Positions 18,336-27,979 of a stretch of DNA of 62,974 nt are shown here, in pieces; the stretch's first letter is position 1, and every line of letters starts with the position of its first letter. The DNA is from a virus (lineage: Duplodnaviria; Caudoviricetes), in IMG/VR virus record IMGVR_UViG_3300017989_000118, positions 1 to 62,974 of that record. One strand, 5' to 3'. The notes beneath the pieces are model-generated. The model was not told the DNA's origin. It did no database searches and was given only the letters and a program-made list of their open reading frames with translations. Both the position numbers and the translations under genes were made by a program.

Positions 18336-20039
18336 ATGCCGGCAGGCCACATCGCCAGACGACTGCTTCTAGCTGGCAAGCGCCCACAGGACCCCCTGGG
18401 CCTCTGGCGTCTGCTGACGATGAGTTCGGCCAAGCTCCGCAGAGACCCAAACGCGCGCAACATGGTGCCGTTCCTGGAGTCGAGGTACGGCCGGGAACCC
18501 CGTTTGCGGGACCCCGCGAGAATCATGGCGAGGGCGCTCAACGAGATATTCGGCGACGGCACGGCGGAGGAGAGCGAGGGGAAGCTCTGGCTCGCTGGCT
18601 CCCGCGCACACCATGTCGTGGACGCGTTCACGAACCCCGAGGACACACCGGACATGACGCTAGAGACGCTGTGGAACGGCGTAAAAACCGCCGCCGATGC
18701 GCACATGAGGGAGCAGTACGGCGCCTCGCCCCGCAGCGAATCCGAATCCCCCGCCGATACGCCTAGTCAGGCCGAACCCGAGCAGGGTGGCGACAGTCCG
18801 GCTGAACAGACTGCCGAGGCGCCCGAACCGCAGCAGCGGGGACATGTCGGGGAGATGGCGCTCGTGGCCAATGACCCGGAGCTGTGGAACGAGTACATGC
18901 AGTTCGGAGAGGGGCACCGGGAGTACTGGGAGGGCGTGGCCGAAGACCCCGAGCAGTTCCTGGTGGTCAGGGTCGGGCAGCCGGGTTTCGTCGAGCAGGG
19001 CAGGAGCCAGAAGGCCGAGGCCGCCGCGGGCCGCCCGCTCGCAGAGATGCCCGTGCTCGTGTCCAAGGACAGGCTCAGGCTGCCGGACGGGAGCGTCGTG
19101 CCCGTTCGGCCTTCCGCCCGCCCGGTGCCACAGCCCGATCGACCTGAATCCGTACGTCCCGATCTGCCCGCCCCCCCGCGACCCGAACCCGTCCGCGACG
19201 AGTCCGTCGAGCAGCCAACGGTACCGGACGAGTCCGTCGAGCAGCCAACGGTGTCGGGCGACACGCTGGAGAAGATGTCGGGGGCGAGGGACCTTCTGCT
19301 GGAGCTCATGTCAATCCGCCCCGGGTCCATAGAGGGCGCAACCGGCGTGCGGTTCGAGCCGTGGAAGGTCAGGGCCGTCTACGACGAGCTGGACGGCGTG
19401 CTCTCGCAGCACGGCCGCCCCATGCGCGGGGAACCCGCCCCGGCGAGGGACTACGTCCCCGCCGACGAGGAGATGCTCAGGAGGCTCTACCTCCGGCTTC
19501 ACGGCGTGCTGGGGGCGAGGAGGGAGCTTGACGCGGCCAACGTGAACCCCGTCGCGATCAAGTACCTGGCGAGGGACTTGGCCGATTTGTCGGCCAGAAG
19601 GTCGGCGTCTTGTGATGTTTCACGTCGCGGAGCCCTTACGGAGATGTGTTCTGCCGAGGGGGACAGCGTGTGTGACGGGCGCAACAAGGCCGCAAGTATC
19701 GCCGCCGACCTGCTGAAAAAGCAGGCGATCCAGTTGTCCAAGGGCAACATGCGGGCCGACAAGAACGGAACCATCACTATCGACCCCGGCTTCATGAACT
19801 GCCCGGTCGTCCGGGCGGTCATTCGGGATTTGGACACGAAGGCGAGTGACATGGAAGCGCTCCGCCAGAGGCTCGATGACATGGGCATGATAGTCACGCA
19901 GAGCAGTCACGGGCAGTGCCACGTCTACTGTGTCGCCAGGACGGAGTCGGGCGGCGCGGCCAAGACGCGACTGTGTCAGTGGTTCATAGACGCCCACGGA
20001 GCCGACGGCAAGTTCAAGATCGAGTGCGCGAAGGACTAA
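18336..20039 (+). CDS. Hypothetical protein (possible internal head protein; may be a fusion of two genes)
   Basis: 567-aa ORF with GAGGTG SD; N-terminal HIARRLLLA motif; internal SD and in-frame GTG at 19668. Confidence 0.65.
   Translation: MPAGHIARRLLLAGKRPQDPLGLWRLLTMSSAKLRRDPNARNMVPFLESRYGREPRLRDPARIMARALNEIFGDGTAEESEGKLWLAGSRAHHVVDAFTNPEDTPDMTLETLWNGVKTAADAHMREQYGASPRSESESPADTPSQAEPEQGGDSPAEQTAEAPEPQQRGHVGEMALVANDPELWNEYMQFGEGHREYWEGVAEDPEQFLVVRVGQPGFVEQGRSQKAEAAAGRPLAEMPVLVSKDRLRLPDGSVVPVRPSARPVPQPDRPESVRPDLPAPPRPEPVRDESVEQPTVPDESVEQPTVSGDTLEKMSGARDLLLELMSIRPGSIEGATGVRFEPWKVRAVYDELDGVLSQHGRPMRGEPAPARDYVPADEEMLRRLYLRLHGVLGARRELDAANVNPVAIKYLARDLADLSARRSASCDVSRRGALTEMCSAEGDSVCDGRNKAASIAADLLKKQAIQLSKGNMRADKNGTITIDPGFMNCPVVRAVIRDLDTKASDMEALRQRLDDMGMIVTQSSHGQCHVYCVARTESGGAAKTRLCQWFIDAHGADGKFKIECAKD
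19197..19252 (+). repeat. 30-bp-period tandem repeat encoding DESVEQPTV twice
   Basis: GACGAGTCCGTCGAGCAGCCAACGGT at 19197 and 19227. Confidence 0.9.
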
Positions 20040-20056
20040 GCTAGGAGGAGAAGAAG

Positions 20057-20779
20057 ATGGCGAAGCAAGTCACCCAGCAAACCTCGCCGTACGTATACAG
20101 GTACGGCACCGCGCCGAACACGGCGTTGGTGAACACGCTGAAAGTCAAGGTGTTCAGCTTCAACGACAACACCGACGGCGACCCGGCGATGGTGCAGATC
20201 GGCGTCTTGCAGGAGTGGACGCCCTCCGACACCAGGACGAACACGGCGGTCAGGTCGATTGGCTACGGCGACCAGGTCGCGGAGATCAACCCCGGCTCGA
20301 CCGAACTCGCGGGCAGCGCGAGCGTCATGGCCCTGTACACCCGCAACATCATGCAGGTGTTCGGCTACGTCGCCGGCTCGGCCGGACTCGTGAGGAGCCT
20401 GAAGCACCACAGGTGGCCGTTCGATGTCCGCGAGGAGATCGTCATGCCCCTGTACATAGCGAACGGCTCCGGGCAGTTGCCCGGGACCGCGTCGGGCGTG
20501 GCGGGCGACGCCAACAGGAACCCGGAGGCCCCGCAGAGCCGTGCCATCGTCACGTACTACGAGGGCTGCTGGATGAACGACTACAACAGGTCGTACACGA
20601 TCGGCGACGTGTCGGTCACCGAGTCGTCCAGCATGATGATCACCGACGTCTACGATCCGTTCCACGGCTCGAGCGGCGGCTACGGCGAGGGCCTGAGCTC
20701 CGGCAACGGCGCCGCCAACGCCTACGGCTCGTCGCGGCTCTTCACCGCAGGCCAGGGCGGGTTCGGCGGGTTCTTCTAG
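20057..20779 (+). CDS. Tail tube protein
   Basis: IGVLQEW.PS..R....VRSIG......INPG, PFDV.E, YEGCWMNDY..SY......V.ES pattern; downstream of the sheath; strong AGGAG SD. Confidence 0.8.
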   Translation: MAKQVTQQTSPYVYRYGTAPNTALVNTLKVKVFSFNDNTDGDPAMVQIGVLQEWTPSDTRTNTAVRSIGYGDQVAEINPGSTELAGSASVMALYTRNIMQVFGYVAGSAGLVRSLKHHRWPFDVREEIVMPLYIANGSGQLPGTASGVAGDANRNPEAPQSRAIVTYYEGCWMNDYNRSYTIGDVSVTESSSMMITDVYDPFHGSSGGYGEGLSSGNGAANAYGSSRLFTAGQGGFGGFF

Positions 20780-20812
20780 GCCGCCGATAACGGCTAACGC
20801 TTCTCCTCTTGT

Positions 20813-20846
20813 GGCGGGCCGCCCCTCCGGGGCGGCCCGCCGCTTT
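20813..20846 (+). terminator. GC-rich hairpin after the tube gene
   Basis: GGCGGGCCGCCCC-TCC-GGGGCGGCCCGCC then GCTTT; the 23-nt core is identical to 62322-62344. Confidence 0.65.
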
Positions 20847-20864
20847 GCGCTAGAATGGGTCCGG

Positions 20865-22727
20865 ATGGCCGCCACGACCAAGGACAGCCTGCGCGACGTC
20901 GAGGATCTCCTGTACAACGGGTACCTGGAGGAGGACTTCTTCCTCGCAGGGCACTGCATCACCTTCCGCACCCTCTCCACGGCGGAGGAGCGGGAGATGT
21001 GGCTCCGGTACAGGAACGTGCGGTCGGAGGACCACGTCCACTTCGCGCTGGACCTGCTGGCGACCGCCCTGCACCGGGTGAACGGGCGGAGGGTCGGGGA
21101 CCCGTCCGCGGCCTGGGAGTTCCTCTGGCGGCTCCCCAAGGGCCTGCTGGGGGCCATGTACACCTTCTTCCGGGCGAGGACCTCCGACAGGCTGGCCTCC
21201 GCGCAGGAGGCCGTCCGCGAGTACTCGGAGTCCGCTGGCAGCAGGTCCCTCTGGGCGGCGTTCAAGGTGACGGGCACCCTCCCCTCCCCGGACTTCGACT
21301 TCCGGCGCAGCAACATCGTGCAGCACCTGTGGTTCGTCGTGAACCAGTACCGCGACGAGGCGGACGAGGCCAAGGCCGAGTGGAGCAGGGCGCAGTTCGT
21401 GGCCGACCAGATATGCATGTTCACCGACCCGAAGGCCTTCAGGCAGATGGCGGCCAGGCGGGACGCCCGGAAGGGCGCCGGCCGCGAGCACGACGCCGAG
21501 GAGGACATCCTGGCCGGGATCATGGAGATGATGCTCCCGGACGACAGGAGGGCCTTCCTCGCGGGCGTCGTGGACACGGAGCCCGAGGAGCTGACCATGT
21601 TCCTCGACAGGATACCGCGGCAGCACCTGGAGAGCCACGAGGAGTACAAGGAGCGGGTCTGCGCGGCGCTGGAGCGGGTGTGCGACGCCATGGACGCCGA
21701 GGACGACCTCCACACGCAGGTCATGGCCGAGCGGGCCGAGGGCATGGTCCTCGACTTCATCCGCCGCCGGAGGGGCGGCCTGGCGCTGCGGAACCTGAGC
21801 GTGCTCCTGGAGCTGATGGGGCCGGAGAGGCTGGAGGCGGCCACGCCCGCGGAGATCGCGGCCGAGGTCGACATCGCCGTCGCCGAGAGGGGCAGCGGCT
21901 ACGAGCTGCGGCTGCCGTCCGACGAGGCGAACTACTCGCGGATCATGGCCTGCGACGGCGAGTACAAGCACGCCGCCTTCGTGCCGCCGGCGAGGAGGCG
22001 GGAGCTGCTCGCGGCCGCCCTGGCCGAGCCGCTGGCGGACCACGCGAGGCTGGTGGACCCCGGCGCGGACCCGTACCTGGTCCGGAAGGCCAACGGCGAG
22101 GCGGACGGCCCGCGCGGGCCCGACGAGCCAAGGCCGCCCGAGGGCGACGGCGGCGGAGGGCCGCCCCCGGGGCGCCCCCCGACCGGTCCGGCCGGCGAGG
22201 GCAGGGGCGACGCGCCGCTCGGGGCGGACCCGGAGGCGAGGCTGAGGGAACCCCCGCCCCCCGAGCCGCCCGCCGCCGACGGCGACAGGCCGTCCCTGGC
22301 GGACCTCGTGAACCAGATGGCCGAGCAGTACCGCAGCCGGCACCCCGGCGTGGACGACGTGGCCAAAAGGGTGGAGACGGTGGAGCACACCGTCGAGTCG
22401 CTGGGCGACTGGGAGGACACCGCGCAGAGGAAGGTCGCCGAGGAGCCGCCCCCGCCGCCCGAGACCGCGGAGGAGGAGGCCGCCGCGGAGAAGGCGAGGG
22501 CCGCCGAGGCCAAGGAGACGGAGGAGGACGACGCGGCGTCCGCGAGGCGGGAGAGCGCCCTGAGCAGGAGGAACGAGGCCGTGGAGGCGCTCAGGAGGGC
22601 GAAGAGGAAGGCCGGCGTCACGCCCGAGATGGAGCGGGAGGCCTTCATGGACGAGATACGGCGCATCGCCAGGGGCGACCCGGACGACCCGCCGGAGCCG
22701 CCCGCGGCGCCGGGGGCGATAGAATAG
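20865..22727 (+). CDS. Putative tail assembly chaperone-like protein with long acidic/Pro-rich extension
   Basis: Between tube and tape measure; N-terminal ITFRTLS..EE...LATALHRVNG chaperone-like pattern. Confidence 0.55.
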   Translation: MAATTKDSLRDVEDLLYNGYLEEDFFLAGHCITFRTLSTAEEREMWLRYRNVRSEDHVHFALDLLATALHRVNGRRVGDPSAAWEFLWRLPKGLLGAMYTFFRARTSDRLASAQEAVREYSESAGSRSLWAAFKVTGTLPSPDFDFRRSNIVQHLWFVVNQYRDEADEAKAEWSRAQFVADQICMFTDPKAFRQMAARRDARKGAGREHDAEEDILAGIMEMMLPDDRRAFLAGVVDTEPEELTMFLDRIPRQHLESHEEYKERVCAALERVCDAMDAEDDLHTQVMAERAEGMVLDFIRRRRGGLALRNLSVLLELMGPERLEAATPAEIAAEVDIAVAERGSGYELRLPSDEANYSRIMACDGEYKHAAFVPPARRRELLAAALAEPLADHARLVDPGADPYLVRKANGEADGPRGPDEPRPPEGDGGGGPPPGRPPTGPAGEGRGDAPLGADPEARLREPPPPEPPAADGDRPSLADLVNQMAEQYRSRHPGVDDVAKRVETVEHTVESLGDWEDTAQRKVAEEPPPPPETAEEEAAAEKARAAEAKETEEDDAASARRESALSRRNEAVEALRRAKRKAGVTPEMEREAFMDEIRRIARGDPDDPPEPPAAPGAIE

Positions 22728-22749
22728 CGGGACCCGGAAAGGAGGCCGC

Positions 22750-23295
22750 ATGCCAGTACCGCACGTGCCGGACGCGCTGAAGGCGCTCGAGAAGATCGGC
22801 AGGACGTTCTACAAGGAGAGGCCCGTCGAGTTGCCCAGCGGGCACAGGTGCACGCTCGCGCCGCTCGGCGCGGCGATGGAGGCGAGGGCCAACGCGAGGG
22901 TCCAGGACTTCCGCGCCGTGCACTTCCTCAAGGCCGTGAAGGTCGAGCAGCTCGCGTACGCCATCGTGGAGGTCGACGGCCACAGGTTCGAGAGGCCGTC
23001 CAAGCCGGACGGCACCCTCGACGAGGAGGCCTTCGAGACCACGGCGAACGCCAAGAGGGCCATCCTCAACTCCTGGCCCGAGGGGATCGTGACGTACCTC
23101 TTCAACGAGCTCTGCGTGCTCCACGACGAGGTGGAGGCGATGGTCGGCATCAACGTCGACACCGAGCCGGCCGCCGAGGCCGCCGACGACGGGCAGGCCG
23201 GCGGGGCGGATGGCGCGCCCGACGGGCCCGCGGAGGGCGCGGCCGAGGGGCCCGCCGAGGCGGAGGGCGCCCGGGACGAGCCTCCCGCTGCGTAA
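22750..23295 (+). CDS. Putative tail assembly chaperone
   Basis: AAGGAGG SD; LAYAIVEVDG...ILNSWP...VTYLFNE pattern; directly before the tape measure. Confidence 0.6.
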   Translation: MPVPHVPDALKALEKIGRTFYKERPVELPSGHRCTLAPLGAAMEARANARVQDFRAVHFLKAVKVEQLAYAIVEVDGHRFERPSKPDGTLDEEAFETTANAKRAILNSWPEGIVTYLFNELCVLHDEVEAMVGINVDTEPAAEAADDGQAGGADGAPDGPAEGAAEGPAEAEGARDEPPAA

Positions 23296-23353
23296 GGTCT
23301 TTATCGCGGCGCAACATTAGGGGACGCCCCGCGCGCCCCGTGGGGGGTAGGAC

Positions 23354-26300
23354 TTGCCGGACAGCCCAGACGACATCCTGAACGCGATGAGATCGGCGGG
23401 CGAGGAGTTCGCCAGGATGGCCGACACCATCGAGGGCAAGCTCCCCAAGATCGTCGGCGAGTTCAAGCGGCTCCCGGCCCAGCTCCGCCCGCTGATGAGG
23501 AGCATCGAGAAGATAGCCGCCCGCGCGTCGAGCGTGAGGCTCGACAGGCTCGTCAACGACTTGGGCGACGCGGACAAGGGCGCGGCCAAGTTCCTCGTGA
23601 CGCTGGACGGCGTCGAGAAGAAGATAAACGACATCGCGGACGCCGGCCAGCGGGCGTCGGAGTCCATGGCGTTCGCCCGTCCCGCCGCCGCCAGCCTGAA
23701 GGCCGTCCAGGCCCTCACGTCGCAGGTGAACCAGTTGGGCCAGCAGCTCGGCGCCCGCACGAGGGACTTCCAGAACCTGTCGAGGTCCGCGGACAAGCTG
23801 GCCAGGTCAGACCTGACCGACGCCGCCGGCCCCGCCGGGATCGCGGACCGCGCGGGCCTGGAGCTGCCGGACAACCGGGACGCGAGGATGCTCGGCGAGG
23901 CGATGGGCGACATGGCCCCCGCCGCCGCCGACGTCAGGGCGGAGTTGGGCGGGGCCGACGAGGAAGCCCTGGCCCTCCGCAGGTCGGCGGCGTCCCTAAG
24001 GGACGACTTCCACGAGGTCTCGGCGGCCCTCTCGCCGGTGCAGCAGCATTTCCACGGCATGGAGGAGGCAATCAAGGGTCTCTCGGGCTACATCGTCCGC
24101 GCCCGCGGCGACCTCTCCGACATGGAACCCCCCGCCATCGAGGCGTGGGCCGCCGGCGCCAAAGGCCAGATCGAGAGCATAATCGAGGCCTCGCAGAGCT
24201 TCCCCGGCCTGGAGCCGATAGGGACGGAGGCCCTGGAGGCCTTGCGGGCGGCCATGGCGTCGCTCGAGGACGGCGCCATGACCGCCGACGAGATGCGGGA
24301 GACCATGGCCGCCGTCGGCAGGGAGATGGAGGATCTCAAGGCGAGAGGCCGCGGCCTGAACAAGGCGCTGCTGGCCGACGTCGAGAAGCTCGCGGACGAG
24401 ACGAAGGACTGGTACGGCGTGTCCAAGAGGGACCAGTCCGAGCTGCTGAAGTGGAGGGTCAGGCACCAGAAGGCCGCCGAGAGGATGATAGAGAGGGGCA
24501 TGAAGCCCGCCGTGGCGTACGCCAAGCAGTTGGCCGCCGCGATGAAGGACGTGCCCATCGAGGGCCTCCAGAAGGAGATACAGGGCGTCACCGGACTCCT
24601 GAAGCAGGGTCTGGCCGAGATCACGCAGACCGACGACTTCAGCCTGGTGGGAATCGCCAAGGGCGCAATCAAGCTCCACGACAGGTTCGCGGACATACGG
24701 GAGGAGATGGCCGGCATCACGGCGGAGGCGGGCCACCTGTCGAGCATGTGGTCGGCCGGTGCGGGCGCCGACGACGTCACGGAGGAGCTTGAGAGGCTCC
24801 ACTACAGCATGGACAACCTCATGGACACATGGGGCATGACCAAGAAGGAGACCACCGAGGCCACGGGCGCCCTGCTCAAGGCCGGGTTCTCCATGTCCAG
24901 TATCCTCGGCCCGAGCCTGAAGGACGCGGAGGGCGGGATGCTACAGCTCGCCAAGGGTGGCGAGTACGCGATGAGCGGCATGGACGAACTCGGTCGCCTG
25001 TCGAGGATGACCGGCCGCAGCCTGGGGGACATCGCCACCATGGCCGGGCAGTGGCGCGAGCAGATGGGCGTCACGATCGGAGAGGTGGGCGAGACCTACC
25101 TGGAGCTGGAGGGGCATGCGAGGCGCAGCGGGCTCGCCGTCGGGAAGTTCATGGACCGGCTGATGGCGTCGGCCGGCGGCTTCGTCATATTCGGCGGCAG
25201 GATAGAGGACGTGGCCGCGACGCTCAGCGACCTGATGGCGGGCATGAAGCTGCCGCCCGGGCTGGCGGAGAAGATAGCCGGCGACTACATGGAGAGGCTG
25301 CGCAAGACGACCATGGAGGAGGCGATGCTCACCACCGCCATGCTCGGCGAGAAGGGCCGCGACGCCGCCCTCGCCGGATACAAGAAGTTCGTCGAGGAGC
25401 GCGGCGTGGCGATGGAGGGCGTCGAGCGCACGATAAAGGCTCTGGAGGCCAAGAAGGCCGCCGGCGAGATAGACGAGGCGGCGTACTCCAAGCTGCGAGG
25501 CGAGGCGGAGAACAGGAGGAAGAAGCTTCAGGAGGAGATGGGCAAGCTCGACGCGCTGGTCAAGAGAGCCGAGGCCGGCGACGCGGCGTCCCTGGCGGCC
25601 TTGCAGCAGTACGTGGCCCGTCAGGGCGACATGGCGGCCGTATACGCGGATCTGGTCGGGAAGGCCAATCAGATAGGCGGCGCCGTGGCCGATGCCGTCC
25701 GCGACGCCGTAGAGGCTGGCAAGGAACCGCAGGAGGTCATGCAGGCCATGAAGGACGGCATGTCCCAGATGGCCAAGACGGGCCAAGGCATGCTCCATTT
25801 GCAGAACAGGGTCAACGATCTCGGGTTCGAGAACGAGGCGGAGCTGTTCGCGCTGGTGCAGGGCACGATGGACCGCGGCAGGATGCTCGCCGAGTACGCC
25901 AGAATGTCGGGCAGGGAGGGCAAAGCCATCGCGGACCTCGTCAAGGCTGGGGCCTCCATGGAGGAGGTGTCCGCTGCCATACAGGAGTCCGCCCGGACGC
26001 CGGCGGAGATGTTGAAGAGGCTACAGAAGCTCCAGGCCCAGGGCTTCTCCATCCCGGAGGCGGTGACGAAGAAGCTGGAGGAGGCCAAGGAGAAGTTCAT
26101 CGAGTTCGACGGCGACCCCGAGAAGCAGGCGAAGCTCCAGCAGGAGGCCGCCATGGCCTCCGCCAAGCTCCTCGCCGGGGTGGTGGACAAGCCGAAGCCG
26201 GTGGAGGAGGAGCTCCGGGACTACGCCAGCCAGCAGATGTCCATCCAGGAGAAGATCAAGGCCCACCTGGAGGACCTGATGAAGTGGGGGAAGGCCGTCC

Positions 26301-27979
26301 TCATCGCCCTCGGGATCATCACGGCCCTGATGAGGGCCCGCTCCGCCGTGGACGCCATCGGCAGCATCGGCGGCAAGAAGGGTGTACTTGGCTTGGTCAA
26401 GAACCTGTTCAGCCGGAGCGGCCCGGTGGGCAAGATTCTCGGCAAGATTCCCGGCGCGGGCAGGATCGGCGGACTCGTCGGCCGCACGGCCTCGGCCGGC
26501 GGCCGTGCGGCACGCGGCCTGACAAGTTGGCTCGGCAAGGCGGCGCAGGGCCTCAAGGGCCTGAGCACCTCCGCCACCGCCGCCGGCCGCGCCGCGAGGT
26601 TCGCCGGCAGGGCGATGGGTCCGCTCGCCGTCGGGGTCACCGCCATAACCGAAGCGTACGGCATATACAAGAAGGAGGCCGACGCTTACAACGACGCCTA
26701 CAAGAAGGCGCTCAGCCAAGGCAAGACGAAGGCCGAGGCCGAGGAGATCGCGCAGAGGGCGAAGGACAGGGCGGTCACCAAGGCCGACGCCGGCGGTGCC
26801 GTAGGTGCGGTCGCGGGCGCGGGCACCGGCGCGATCATAGGCGGCATCATAGGCGTTCTGGGCGGCCCCATAGGCGTCGCCGCCGGCGCGGCCATCGGCG
26901 GCTGGCTCGGCGGCGAGGGCGGCAAGTGGCTCGGCGAGAAGATAGGCGACGCCTTCACGACGGAGGCCGAGAGGTTCAACGCGAAGATGGAGCAGGTCAT
27001 AGACCTCGGCACCCTGGACGACGCCCGCGCCCTGGTGGCGGCGGAGGAGAAGGCCCGGGACGACCTCCAGGCGCAGAAGATGGCCCTCATCGCGAAGGAG
27101 GAGGCGGGCGAGCGGCTCACCGCGGAGGAACGCGAGAAGCTCCGCGACTTGCAGAGGCAGATCGTCGAGAAGGAGAAGCAGATCGAGCTGGCGAAGCACG
27201 CCGAGTGGGTGAAGGAGCAGGAGGAGCTACAGGGGAAGGTCAAGGAGGGCATGACGGCGGAGAACAGGCTCCGACTCGACGCGATCAAGAAGAAGCGGGA
27301 GCTGGAACGCAAGAAGAGCCGCGGCGAGAAGCTCTCCGCCGCCGAGGAGCAGGATCTCCTCACGGCCACCAACCTCGCCAAGGCCGATCCGTCCGTCCTG
27401 AAGGGCTACCTGGCCGGGCAGGAGAAGAGATCCCTGAGGCAGCAGGCGGCCGGGATAGAGAAGCGGGCGGAGGGGATAGGCCTGACGGAGGCCGACAAGA
27501 AGAAGCTCGCGGACATACAGGCCCGGATAGACGCGCTCGACTCCGCCGACTTCACCAAGAAGGAGCCGTCCAAGGACATCCTCCAGGTAGCCGGCGGCGG
27601 CGTGGCGTTCCTGAGTCCGGGCGACGTGGTCACGCAGGCGAAGTCGCTCGCCAAGGTCATCGGCGGCGGCGCCGGGGAGCTGGTGAGGGGCATGGCGCCG
27701 GGTCCCATGGCGGGCCCGTTCGCCGACCAGTCCAAGCGGATTGACGAGAACGCCATCTACCAGCGAAACTACGAGGCGGGCATGAGCGCCGACGCCAAGG
27801 CCAGGCTCGCCACGATCCGGGCCAAGAGGGCGGCCCGCGAGGGCGGCGAGGCGACGGCCGGGAAGGCCGTGGTGGACAACTCCACATGGAACGTCTACAT
27901 AAACTCCCAGGCCGAGAAGGAGCTTGAGGAGGCGTTCCTGAAGGTGCTGATAAAACACCAGCAGAGGCTGGTCAACTGA
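23354..27979 (+). CDS. Tail tape measure protein
   Basis: 1541 aa, Ala/Glu/Lys-rich helical, hydrophobic segment AVLIALGIITALM, glycine zipper GAIIGGIIGVLGGPIGVAAGAAIGGWLG; canonical position. Confidence 0.88.
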   Translation: MPDSPDDILNAMRSAGEEFARMADTIEGKLPKIVGEFKRLPAQLRPLMRSIEKIAARASSVRLDRLVNDLGDADKGAAKFLVTLDGVEKKINDIADAGQRASESMAFARPAAASLKAVQALTSQVNQLGQQLGARTRDFQNLSRSADKLARSDLTDAAGPAGIADRAGLELPDNRDARMLGEAMGDMAPAAADVRAELGGADEEALALRRSAASLRDDFHEVSAALSPVQQHFHGMEEAIKGLSGYIVRARGDLSDMEPPAIEAWAAGAKGQIESIIEASQSFPGLEPIGTEALEALRAAMASLEDGAMTADEMRETMAAVGREMEDLKARGRGLNKALLADVEKLADETKDWYGVSKRDQSELLKWRVRHQKAAERMIERGMKPAVAYAKQLAAAMKDVPIEGLQKEIQGVTGLLKQGLAEITQTDDFSLVGIAKGAIKLHDRFADIREEMAGITAEAGHLSSMWSAGAGADDVTEELERLHYSMDNLMDTWGMTKKETTEATGALLKAGFSMSSILGPSLKDAEGGMLQLAKGGEYAMSGMDELGRLSRMTGRSLGDIATMAGQWREQMGVTIGEVGETYLELEGHARRSGLAVGKFMDRLMASAGGFVIFGGRIEDVAATLSDLMAGMKLPPGLAEKIAGDYMERLRKTTMEEAMLTTAMLGEKGRDAALAGYKKFVEERGVAMEGVERTIKALEAKKAAGEIDEAAYSKLRGEAENRRKKLQEEMGKLDALVKRAEAGDAASLAALQQYVARQGDMAAVYADLVGKANQIGGAVADAVRDAVEAGKEPQEVMQAMKDGMSQMAKTGQGMLHLQNRVNDLGFENEAELFALVQGTMDRGRMLAEYARMSGREGKAIADLVKAGASMEEVSAAIQESARTPAEMLKRLQKLQAQGFSIPEAVTKKLEEAKEKFIEFDGDPEKQAKLQQEAAMASAKLLAGVVDKPKPVEEELRDYASQQMSIQEKIKAHLEDLMKWGKAVLIALGIITALMRARSAVDAIGSIGGKKGVLGLVKNLFSRSGPVGKILGKIPGAGRIGGLVGRTASAGGRAARGLTSWLGKAAQGLKGLSTSATAAGRAARFAGRAMGPLAVGVTAITEAYGIYKKEADAYNDAYKKALSQGKTKAEAEEIAQRAKDRAVTKADAGGAVGAVAGAGTGAIIGGIIGVLGGPIGVAAGAAIGGWLGGEGGKWLGEKIGDAFTTEAERFNAKMEQVIDLGTLDDARALVAAEEKARDDLQAQKMALIAKEEAGERLTAEEREKLRDLQRQIVEKEKQIELAKHAEWVKEQEELQGKVKEGMTAENRLRLDAIKKKRELERKKSRGEKLSAAEEQDLLTATNLAKADPSVLKGYLAGQEKRSLRQQAAGIEKRAEGIGLTEADKKKLADIQARIDALDSADFTKKEPSKDILQVAGGGVAFLSPGDVVTQAKSLAKVIGGGAGELVRGMAPGPMAGPFADQSKRIDENAIYQRNYEAGMSADAKARLATIRAKRAAREGGEATAGKAVVDNSTWNVYINSQAEKELEEAFLKVLIKHQQRLVN

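Noticed and set aside
19197-19252. Short direct repeat as a CRISPR array
   Set aside because: Only two in-frame coding copies with a 4-nt gap; no spacers or cas genes. No CRISPR array was noticed elsewhere.
15276-27744. Very long antisense or alternate-frame ORFs (e.g. 15276..17534 -, 20850..22751 -, 24829..27744 +)
   Set aside because: Shadow ORFs expected from high GC3; Arg/Gly/Pro-rich, without motifs, and fully overlapping well-supported genes.
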